Shown here: in pieces, positions 48,201 through 60,200 of the stretch | Layout: every line of letters starts with the position of its first letter | How positions within the stretch are numbered: position 1 is the first letter of the stretch | Assembly: GCF_035084215.1 (NCBI RefSeq) | Contig: NC_090361.1 | Location: forward strand, 11,036,001 to 11,100,000 | Source: Heptranchias perlo | Lineage: Eukaryota | DNA length: 64,000 nucleotides | Direction of reading: 5' to 3' | Made by a program: the position numbers and the translations under genes | Notes under the pieces: generated by a model | Told to the model about the DNA's origin: nothing | Seen by the model: only the letters and a program-made list of their open reading frames with translations | The model's database searches: none

Positions 48201-51200
48201 CTTATTGTACTGGAGAAAAACTGTCTTGAAATGGTAGGTGGTAAGAACACCCATCTCATATCGGGCTTCAGATCATGAAAATTAGTTGGTAGGTTTTGCC
48301 AGCTAACATTGGGAATTGCATATGGCAGACTGGTAAGTATGAACTTGTTAATAGATACGTTGTGACAACAACAACAACTTGCATTTATATAGTGCCTTTT
48401 AACATAGTAAAATGTCCCAAGGCGCTTCACAGGAGCAATTATCAAACAAAATTTGACACCAAGCCACATAAGGAGATATTGGGACAAGTGACCAAAAGCT
48501 TGATCAAAGAGGTAGGTTTTAAGGAGCGTCTTAAAGGAGGGGAGAGAGACGGAGACGTTTAGGGAGGGAGTTCCAGAGCTTAGGGCCGAGGCAGCTGAAG
48601 GCACGGCTGCCAGAGGTGGAGCGATTAACGTCAGGGATGCGCAAGAGGTCACAATTAGAGGAGGGCAGAGATCTTGGAGAGTTGTAGGGCTGGAGGAGGT
48701 TACAGAGATAGGGAGGGGCGAGGCCATGGAGGGATGAAAACAAGGATCAGAATTTTAAAATTGATTGGGCCAGGAGCCACTGTAGGTCAGCGAGCACAGG
48801 GGTGATGGGTGAATGGGACTTGTTGCGAGTTAGGATATGGGCAGTAGAGTTTTGGATGAGCCCAAGTTTATGGAAGGTGGAAGATGGGAGGCTGGTTATG
48901 AGAGCATTGGAATAGTCAAGTCTAGAGATAACAAAGGCATGGATGAGGTTTTCAGCAGCAGATGAGCTGAGGCGGGCTGGAGATGGGCGATGTTACGGAG
49001 GTGGAAGTAGGCGGTCTTGGTGATGGAGTGGATATGTGGTCAAGGTCAAATAGGACGCCGAAGTTGCTAACAGTCTGGTTCAGCCTCAGACAGTGGCCAG
49101 GGAGAGGGATGGAGTTGGTGGCTAGAGAACGGAGTTTGTGGCAGGGACTGAAGACAATGTCTTCGGTCTTCCCTATTTTAGTTGGAGGACATTTTTGCTC
49201 ATTCAGTACCTCAAGTATACATTTTAGACAGATAACTGGAAGTGTTTTACTACAGGGATTCTCTGTTTTGGTTATTGACTATACTGTACATATTTTGCAT
49301 ATGATTTAGTGCTTAAAACTGCTGTGTACTGCATTTTTTGTCAGAGGCTGAATTAGAGTCTGTAGTGTATTTAGTACAAAGCGTGTTCTCAGGTATGTTT
49401 CAAACATTCAGGCTGGAAAATTATCCCTCTTCTAAATCCATGAAATCTGTATATTTGCTATTGCAAATATATGTAAGTAACACTGGTTCAAATGCAAGCA
49501 TTTTAAATGGCAAATGTAATGGCATTTGATAGCAAATAAGCATATGGGAATTTTTTAATGAATATACAATGCTGTCATATAATTCACGCTGGCAGGTTTA
49601 CTGATTGGATGGGATTGGTTTTCATAGCTCTCCAAGGATTGTTAAAATTTGGATTATTTTGGTGCATTGTTTATATGGGTTGCTTTGTCTCCGTGTTAGA
49701 ATCTGATCTTTGAGAGGTTTGATGATTTGAATAATTCAATTTGAGAGTTGAATTGCTATCTATTTATCAGCAACTCTTCCAGAAGAGATTCTCAGCATTC
49801 ACTGTGCTGTAATATGCATACATTTAAAAAAAGAACTACCAGTACTGAATTTCTTATTGAAATACCTTGCTGGCTTAAGGTTAGGGAGTAGTGTTGAGGA
49901 ACTTAAGTTTGAAAGGCGTTCCAAAATATGGACTGTCTATCCCTGATCATGCGTGCTTGCTACCGTATAAGTGGGTTTCATAAACCGTAGTTGAGTATAA
50001 TAGCACTCTCGGCTTGGCAATTAACTTAGCACTATGGACTAACGTGAAAAAATATGCAATCTGTTTTCCATCCACGTATTGACCATCATTGGTTTTCACA
50101 TTGCTCAAGCACTGTGAATAGTCTACAAGTTTAGAGTGCATTTGCATATAGGTTACAAACTATTAACAGATGCTAACTTTGGGAAAAGTCTAGGTTTTAG
50201 AATCCATAATGAGGCTCTTAAATTGGTAACAGCTTAGTTATTAATACTGGTAAATATTTCATTACCAGAGCCTGTTGCTGATTTACAAAACACTGTAGAA
50301 AATGTTAGTTGCTAAAAACAACACCTAGCTTGGTTGAAACTCTGCTGTTTAAATTTCAGTCTGTTCTGACTGTTCAGCAGACTGTTTCTTGGTACTCTCC
50401 AGCTACTGACCAGATTCCTTGCTTGCTGTGCGACTCTTTCAGGTTTGCACCTTTCGAGTCCTACGACTCCAGGTCTTCACTGGATGACCGTGATCTGTTC
50501 AGATCCGGCTTCGATTACAGTGAATCTGGACCTAATCGTAATGATTCCTACGGAGGTCGCTTTGACCGCTTCGACAGCTCCGCCAGGAACCGCAGGGATC
50601 AGTTCCGCAACAGAGCACGTGACGGCTCCGGCAAGCAGCGGGGTCAGAACTGGTCTAGAGACAGGCCTCAAAATAACAGACCTTTCCGGAACGACCCCTT
50701 CTCGTCATCTTCAAGTTCCGAGCGACTGTCTGCACGCTGGAATGAGCTGTCGATGGGATTGGGAGGCAGGGGCTTTGCTGCCGCCTCCAGGAACCTCCCA
50801 TCGCTCTTCTCCCAGGCCTTAACCTCCGGTTTTGGGTTGTTCGGCATGCAGGGAATGGGAAAACAGTTTGGAGGTGGCAGACAGCGAAGGAGAGAGCGGA
50901 ATCGGAACAGAAGTGTAAGTAGAAAACTTTTCCCATTTTATAAGGTCGTAGACTTAAGTATTCAGCTGTGTGACTTTCAGTAACCAGCTCAACAAACTCA
51001 TATTCCAAGAATCTTGTAGTCATTAATATCTCCCTTTCTGGTCCTGAAAAGGAAGTCGAATATAAAGATAAGATGAAAGACAGTACAGGAATGGTCAAAT
51101 ATATGGAATGGATCAGAACATGCAAAAAGAGCCGCTGTGGATTGCTGGAGTGCTGTAGGTGTAATATGCAGTTTAGGGAGAAACTCTTAAAATGTACCTA

Positions 51201-54200
51201 TGCCTTTCATCAGATTAAAGGGCATGGATACAGAATGCAAAATCAGTTGAAGTGTCAACTTGAAGTAGCATCTTCACACATGCGTCTTTATACATAGGGC
51301 AAACAGCAGTACATACTTAGCATACTAGTAGTTGGTACTCTGAAATTTGCTATTTTTGCATTGCATCTGTTTCACTGGAAACATATCAGTGCGCACACTT
51401 GGAATTTGGGAGATTTAACTTTCGCTGTTACAACTCCGGTGGCTGTGTTAACGGTTCCTATAGGCTTTGTACGCTTCAGTGAATTTTTATATAAGTGTAA
51501 TGGTGTGCACTTGTTCAGCAGTTCACACAAAGCTCTGGGCAGCAGGAATACTATCCTGGCTTTGAAGACAAAAGCTTCAGTTTGATTAAATGTGCATAAA
51601 ACATTAGAATTGAAACAGTGGTCTGTACCGAAGTGGCAGATTGAGATTCGTCCATGTGTTTGAGCACCTGCTAGAACTGGATGTGAGTCCAGCCAAAAGT
51701 TGAAGAACATAAGAACTAGGAGCAGGAGTAGGCCAATCGGTCCCTCGAGCCTGCTCCGCCATTCAATAAGATCATGGCTGATCTGATCCTAACCTCAAAT
51801 CTAAAGAACACAAGAAGTAGGAGCAGGACCCGGCCACTCAGCCCCTGGGCCCGCTCTGCCACCCACAGGGCCTTGACCGATCCAAACTCAGCTTCATGTC
51901 CAATTTCCTGTCCGCTCCCTGTAACCCCTAATTCCCTTTACTTCTAGGAAACTGTCTATTTCTGTTTTAAATTTATTTAATGATGTAGCTTCCACAGCTT
52001 CCTGGGGCAGCAAATTCCACAGACCTACTACCCTCTGAGTGAAGAAGTTTCTCCTCATCTCAGTTTTAAAAGAGCAGCCCCTTATTCTAAGATTATGCCC
52101 CCTAGTTCTAGTTTCACCCGTCTTTGGGAACATCCTTACCGCATCCACCCGATCAAGCCCCTTCACAATCTTATATGTTTCAATAAGATCGCCTCTCATT
52201 CTTCTGAACTCCAATGAGTAGAGTCCCAATCTACTCAACCTCTCCTCATATGTCCACCCCCTCATCCCCGGGATTAACCGAGTGAACCTTCTTTGTACTG
52301 CCTCGAGAGCAAGTATGTCTTTTCTTAAGTGTGGACACCAAAACTGTATGCAGTATTCCAGGTGCGGTCTCACCAATACCTTATATAACTGCAGCAATAC
52401 CTCCCTGTTTTTATATTCTATCCCCCTAGCAATAAAAGCCAACATTCTGTTGGCCTTCTTGATCACCTGCATACTAACTTTTTGATTTTCTTGCACTAGG
52501 ACCCCCAGATCCCTTTGTACTGCAGTACTTTCCAGTTTCTCGCCATTAAGATAATAACTTGCTCTCTGATTTTTCCCGCCAAAGTGCATAACCTCACATT
52601 TTCCAATATTGTATTGCATCTGCCAAATCTCTGCTCACTCACCCAGCCTGTCTATATCCCCTTGTAGGTTTTTTATGTCCTCCTCACTCTCTACTTTCCC
52701 TCCCATCTTTGTATCATCTGCAAACTTTGATATGTTGCACTCGGTCCCCTCCTCCAAATCGTTAATATTGATTGTAAAGAGTTGGGGACCCAGCACCGAC
52801 CCCTGCGGAACACCACTGGCTACTGGTTGCCAGTCCGAGAATGAACCATTTATCCCAACTCTGCTTCCTGTTAGATAACCAATCCTCCACCCATGCCAGA
52901 ATATTACCCCCAGTCCAGTGATTCTTTATCTTGAGCAATAATCTTTTATGTGGCACCTTGTCGAATGCCTTCTGGAAGTCTAAATACACTACGTCCACCG
53001 ATTCCCCTTTATCCACCTTGTACGTTATGTCCTCAAAGAACTCAAGCAAATTTGTCAGACATGACTTCCCCTTCGTAAAGCCATGCTGACTTTGTCCTAT
53101 TAAATTATGTTTATCTAAATGTTCCGTTACTGTCTCCTTAATAATAGACTCCAAAATTTTACCCACCACAGATGTTAGATTCCTGAAAAGTGATTTGAGC
53201 AATTTGTGGAGTTCTGCCACACATTAGAACCTGAGAAACATGATCTCTTGGTTAACAATATCCAGGTGAAGTTAAGCTGTTGACCAATGCTATGGTATCT
53301 TTGTGACAGAGGAGAGGTAGAGGCAGAGATACAGGAGGTGGAAGGAAGAGGAAGCAGTCAACTGCAAGCAACGATGAACCAGACAGCAAAATGGCAAGAA
53401 CAGACCAGTCGGATATATCAGACAGTGAAGCAGGTAAACATTTTAAAATTTGATATTGCACCTTCTTGACTCATCTGATGTTCTTCAGGTGTGAGCCTAG
53501 ACAAGTTTAGATAATCTGTTCAACCATGCGGGCATCCTTGCAAATCCTGATCCTGCCCGTGTCCAACATTCACATTGCGCTTTCCATCAGGAGTTACCAG
53601 ATAGTGAATAGGAACAATCGTCTCTTTCTCCCTTTCTAGCATAGGGAACTGTATTCCAACTAGTACCCTAGGTGATGATCAGCTAATTTAGAATAGGTCA
53701 GACATGGAAACTGGGACCTTCCTGCATTGAATGGATCAGTGTATTTACCCACTAAACCTGATAGAGAGTCTGTTTTTAAAAAAAAGTAGTAACCTGTTTA
53801 GCTGAGGCCATTGTGTCTTTCTGATCAACTGTCTATAGTGGTTGGATATGTTTTTGAGGTTAATAATTCATGTGTGTTTTTCACTGTAGTGAAGCACTGA
53901 GCAAATTTTATGTTAGTGTGCCTTTTCTTCCTTGTCTGAGAGGCTAGGCAGATTTCCGAACCTCTATCAACATTTGTTTTGAGAGGATTGCTCAGGGTGG
54001 CATGTGAGCACCCTCTAACGTCTTCTAAAGTTTGCAATCTATGTATGCGTGTATTCTAAGTATGCAAACAACACTGATCTTTTTCTCGTTTCATGAAAAT
54101 TTTGCAAACCTTCAGTGTTTTAGGTAACATGTTAATCAGTACACTAATGACCTTTCTGTTCATTTTTAGAAGAGAAGGAGCCAGGTGATGATGATGCTGA

Positions 54201-57200
54201 AGATGTTGCAGGCGGTGATGCCAGTGCTGTGAGTATTTGTGGAAATCTTAAATTGCATCATGTGGTAAAATTTAACTCGTGGTTTCAGCATACCTAAAGA
54301 AAAAAGTCTCCCCATAACTTGGCCTATAGGTTGGTTTTCTAGCTGCAGTCAGATCTGGAGCCATCTCTGGCCAGTTTGAAATCCACTGTTGTGTGCATTA
54401 GATCCCCCTATTGGATGCTCCCCATAATTGATGTCACTTGAGTGTATACCACAGAGGGCCGACCTGGATCTCCTTGTTGGCAACAAAATTGACCTCTTTA
54501 AAATAATTTTTTGTTGAATTAATTTTCTTCAACGAAAGCGGTGGAATACCATGAAAACTTCCTTCCACTTGTAACCTGCTCACAGATTTTCAGGTTTTTC
54601 GGCAGATTAAACACCATTGACGGAGGTGCTCTTTTCCTTCCTCTTCATTTCCACCCTCCCCCCCACCCAGTCTGATTAATTTGTTTTTGGTTCCAGATGC
54701 TAGCTGAGGCATCTGGTTCTGAGAAAATACTGAAAGTGCTTTTCTATTATCCTGAAGGTCCCAATTCATGCTGCGGTGCACATTTAGCAAGTCTTATAGA
54801 AAAATGGTGGTTTAAAAATGCAATCTCCAGATAACCTTACTTCATGTCTGAGCCAATATATATTTGTAAAAACTGATGGGATTGTTGGTCAGCCCATCAT
54901 TGAAACTATTTTTTATATTTAGAATATCGAGGATAAAGATTCAACTGACAGCCCTGAAAAGGAGAAAAAAGAGACTGATGCAGATGGTAACGATACTGAG
55001 TCCAAGAAATGTAAGAGGGCTGGTATTTATTTATTTTTTGTATGTCTGATATATAATACCTGTGATGCCATATCTTGTTTTTGTTAGCTGGTGACGTACA
55101 AGAGGAAATTAATGACATTAAAAAGAAACTGTACAACAAGAAGGAGAGACCAAGGAAGAGACAGCGGGATCGTATTACAGAAAGGTAAAGGAGAGTTGCT
55201 TATTGTAACCAGTCTGTTTGTAGTTATTCACACTTAAAGGGAAAGGTTTTCATTATTGTAATTGGGATGGGTTGCATAATTCTAAAGCTGGTTTGCTGAA
55301 CTGGACAGTAGGAACCAGTATTTGTCACTTACTGGATTGTGGGGTGGGAGTTTAGATGCTTCAGTCATGTGAGTAAAAGTCATGCTTTTTGTACTGCATG
55401 ATTTATGATGAAGTATTGTTACATGGATAACGACAGCCTGCTGGTATCACGACCAAGTGGTCATGCTTCCTAGACAATTGAGTATTGGAGGCTAATAGAC
55501 CATGTAAGTCATCAGAGCCAAGCCCAGTCCTGGTCCTGTGTGGTGTTCAGCCGGGGTGGTTGAATACAGAATGAGAAGTTTTTGTTGCAGCCTGATTGCC
55601 AGCCTAACTGAGATCAACTAAGTAAGCATTGATCAGGGTTGCAATTAGAATCTTTCTGGACTTTTATTTCCTATTCACTGGGCCCTTTAGAGTGAAGCTA
55701 ACCTCATGAACCTCAAGCAGGATAAAAAATTGTTCGAATTCAACTTGAATCTATCCATTCCAATTATGTTAAACTATCGGGTGTATTGCCCAACTTTGTC
55801 TAGTAGTAAGATTACTTTGCATTGGTCAGTTTCAGTATTGAATATAGTGGCACCCTATTGATGCAAGCTGTATTTTCCACAACTAACAAAGCTTTGTTAC
55901 TACAGGATAATGTATGTCTGCTCAGTTTGCAAGTTTCGCACATTTGATGATGAAGAAATTTTCCCCCACTTGGAAAGTAAATTCCATAAGGATAACTTCA
56001 AATTCATCGGGACCAAGCTTCCCAAACAAACAGCTGAGTTTTTGCATGTATGTTAGCTTTGCATTTAAATACACTTTTCTTAAAGCTTATGTTAGTATTT
56101 GGTGCAAGTTGAATGCATATTATGTGTTTTAATAACAAAAAATCCTTTCCCTGGCCCCTTACCCCAACTCAAAGGTAGCAACTCATGCTTGGGAATGATT
56201 ATATGAAGTGATTGTATGAGCCTGGACAGTAAGTGTTGGGCTTTTCAGTGACGTCTGGTACTGAACTAACTTGGCATCTACAAACTTTAGCAGAGGCTGC
56301 TGGACAGTGATTTGTAGTAACCCTGCACCCCCTCAAAGCTGAGGGATATTCTGATGCCGCTGCTGGTCCAGCTGTGATCCAGTTTACCACAGACCCATTA
56401 ATCTCACTGGTATATGCTGTACCGAGTACACTCCACTTCCACTAATGGATCTGTTGCTGACCATATCGCCTGGCAGTGAACAGTATTGTGGACTGTTAGC
56501 TTTTTAGTTTGAGCCATTTCAGTCAGGCATCCAATCAGAAGGACAGACTTAGTTCTTGCTGGAAGTTATCAAATATAGAGGCCGGAATTTTCTGTTTCTG
56601 TGCTTGCCAGCCTACGATTTGCCTGTCCATTAAAATCGCGGCCTGATCAGTGCACGAGTGGAAAACTCCAGCCAGAATGCTTAACTTCAGAAGTTACTCT
56701 CTAGTAGCAGGACTATGTTGGGCTTGTTTTAAGATTTTAATAGTCACTGATAACTGATCTTTCCTTCCAGGAGTATGTTTTGAACAAGAATAAGAAGACA
56801 CTGAAATTCCGTGACTCAATGGAAGATAAAAATGCAATTAAAAAGAGGATCCAAGAACAAAACCTCCTGCATGGTGAGTAAAATCAGAAACTATTGCTAA
56901 GAGGGGAGCAAGAATTTGAATGAGAGTTACACATTTAATCGTAGAATCTCAAACTTTGCTGCACAAGGTGACCATTTAGCCCATTGTGTCTGTATTGAAC
57001 TCCTACTCCTGTTTCCTTCCTTTCATTCTAAAATATCGGTGCATTTGAAGTAAAGCATTCCATATCCTAATCACATTTTGTGGGGAAAATTTGCTTCTGA
57101 TCTCCCCTTTTATGCTTTGTGCCAATCCTCAGTTTGTCCCCTTGATACTGATGCATCAAATGGTGAAAATCTCTTGTGATTTACCCTCAAACCTGTTTCA

Positions 57201-60200
57201 TAATTTTGATTATTTCTTAGATTTCCCACCCCCTTGTTTTTCAAGTCTCATCATAATATCCGAACTATACTTATCATCCAATAAGAAAATAAGAACTTGC
57301 ATTTATATCGCTCCTTCCGTGACCTCTGGATGTCCCAAAGAACTTTACAGCCAATTAAGTTTTTTGTTTTGAAGTTATATAGGGAAACAGCCAATTTGTG
57401 CACAGCAGGATTGGTTGGCCAGGGCACCAATAATTCTTCGAACAGTGGCATGGGATTTTTTTGTGCTCACCTGAGGGTAGCTGCTGCCTCAGTTTAACAT
57501 TTCATCCAAAAGAAAGCACTCATTCAGTACTGCAAACTGCATGCAATACTCCCAACTGTGACCTAACCAGTATCTTGTGCAGATTCTTCACACACTCAGT
57601 AATTTCTTTGAATTCAAGCAAAGCACAATCTGCTTACAAATTGATTTTGAATACTCCTGATTAACATATTAATTTTTAGATGCTCACTATTCTCCAATTA
57701 TGGTCACCAGGAGTTCTTTTCTGACGTGAGACCAACTAGTCTATAGTTACTTTGTTTTCTCTTATACTCGTGTTCAAAGAATAAAAAACATTCACCTTGC
57801 TTATAAAGAATTTCGGTGAATTATGAAACTTTAGTCAATAAGTTAGTAGGCCTGCTTGGTCTGCACTGAGAATGTTGTGGTGAAATGACATGGGTACTGG
57901 TTCCTTTTCTAATATTTATATATCCATTGTATCGCACCCCTTTCTGATGCTCCTGCAGTCTTCACCTTCCTTGTAGATGTGAAATAGTTGAGTATCTTTG
58001 CCAGTCTGCTATTTACTACAATTGTTGTTTTCATGTTGCATATATTGGCCTCTATGTTGCTAGCTCACTCTGAACGTTTTGGCACGTTTTTCCAGGTGCC
58101 TAGCTTATGGGTTTGTGAACATGCCTCAAAGCAAGAATTTACATTTTCAGGTGACTTTCACCAACTTCTTTGTATTGCAGGTATTAGTATTGACAATTTC
58201 ATGAAGAAGGTGGAAGCGGTTCACTGTACAGCTTGTGAAATGTTCATTCCAATGCAGAACAATGCCATCCAGCGGCACATGAAGACACCTGACCACAACA
58301 GGAACAGAAAAGTAAATCTGTTTACACTCTCTCAACTCCATATGGGCAACTGAGCTTTTTTTCTCTCTTCTCTCCACCACCCACCCCCAAAACATACAAT
58401 ATACTGCAATCTTTTGGCTGGGAGGAATGCATAGTCTGTTCTGCAGATGTAACAATGCCTCAGACAAGATACTGTCTTGGATGCGGAATGGTGCACAGTA
58501 CTATGGTTATGCTTTATTTTTTAAAAAAGCAACAGAAACAAATGCAAGTGTGGTTATCCATTGCAGCATTCTATCTGACAATGGTAACTGAGTGGTGAAA
58601 TTTTAAAAATGGAGCTGAGATTTGGACAAGCATTTGTTTGGAATTTAAATTACTTGCATTTATATAGTACCTTTAACATAATCTCAAGGTGCTCTAGACG
58701 TTAAAAAGAGGGAATGCCAAGGGTTTGTGGGAAGTTTAGGAGAGGACATCACTTGTCTCCGCCCCGCCTCAGTTCATCTGCTACTGAAACCCTCATCCAC
58801 GCCTTTGTTACCTCTATTCCAATGCTCTCCTGGCCGGCTTCCCACCTTGCACTCGCCGTAAACTTGAACTCATCCAAAACTCTGCTGCCCGTATCCTAAC
58901 TTGCACCAAATCCCATTCACCCATCACCCTTGTGCTCCCGGTGCAGCAAAGCCTTGATTTTAAATTCCCATCCGTGTTTTCAAATCCCTCCATGGCCTCT
59001 CTGTAACCTCCTCCAGCCCTACAACCCTCTGAGATCTCTATGCTCCTCCAATTCTGGCCTCTTGCGCATTCCCGATTTTAATTGCTCCACCACTGGCAAC
59101 TGTGCCTTCAGCTGCCTAGGCCCTAAGCTCTGGAATTCTCTCCCTAAACCTCTCTGCCTCTCTACCACGCTCTCCTCCTTTAAGATGCTCCTTAAAACCT
59201 ACCTCTGACCAAGCTTTTGGTCACATGTCCTAATATTTCCTTAAGTGGCTCGGTAAATTTTGTTTGATCGTTCCTGTGAGGTGCCTTGGGATGTTTCACT
59301 ACGCTAAAGGTGCTATATAAATGCAAGTTGTCGACTGAAAGCTTGGTTGAAGGCATTTTTTTAAAAAAGAAAGGCTTTTAAATGCTTAGGAGTGAGGCGT
59401 TGGGGTCATAGGAGAGAAGGGATGCCGGCTAAAGCCTCTATTACCAAATGTGGACAAGGAAACAACGACTTGCGTTTATACAGCATCTTTAACGTAGTAA
59501 AATGTCCAAGGCACTTCACAGGAGCATTATCAGACAAAATTGGACACCGACCCACATAAGGAGATACTGGGATAGATGAACAAAAGCTTGGTCAGAGGTA
59601 GATTTTAAGGAGCGTCTTAAAGGAGGAGGGAGAGGTTTAGGGAGGGAATTCCAGAACTTAAAGCCTAGACAGCTGACAGCACAGCTGCCAATGGTGGGGC
59701 AAAGGAAATCTGGGATGCACAAGAGGCCAAAATTGGAGGATCACAGAGTGCTCAGAGGGTTGTAGGGCTGGAGGAAGTTAGAGATAGGGAGGGGTGAGGC
59801 TACAGCAGGATTTGAATACAAGCACAAGAATTTTAAATTTGAGGCATTGCTGGACCAGAAGTCAATGTAAGTCAGTGAGCACAGGAATGTTGGGTGAACG
59901 GGACTTAAAGACCAGAGTCAGGAACACTCCTGCTAAAGCTGTTAGTCTAACATTTGGTGGGTGGCTTTAATCTGTACTGATGTAAGATGGTGCTTATATT
60001 TCTGTGGAGGGACATTCAAAAAGGGTCACCTGAGACCAAATATGAAAGCCAGAAACTTCCTGAGATTTGTGTAGCTGGTTTATTGTAAAATTATTATTTG
60101 CTTTTGTTTCCAGATGATGCTTGAGCAGTCGAAGAAGACTGGCCTTCAAGTAGCTAAAAGTATACTCAATAATCGAAATATTGTGAGCATGTTGGAAAAA

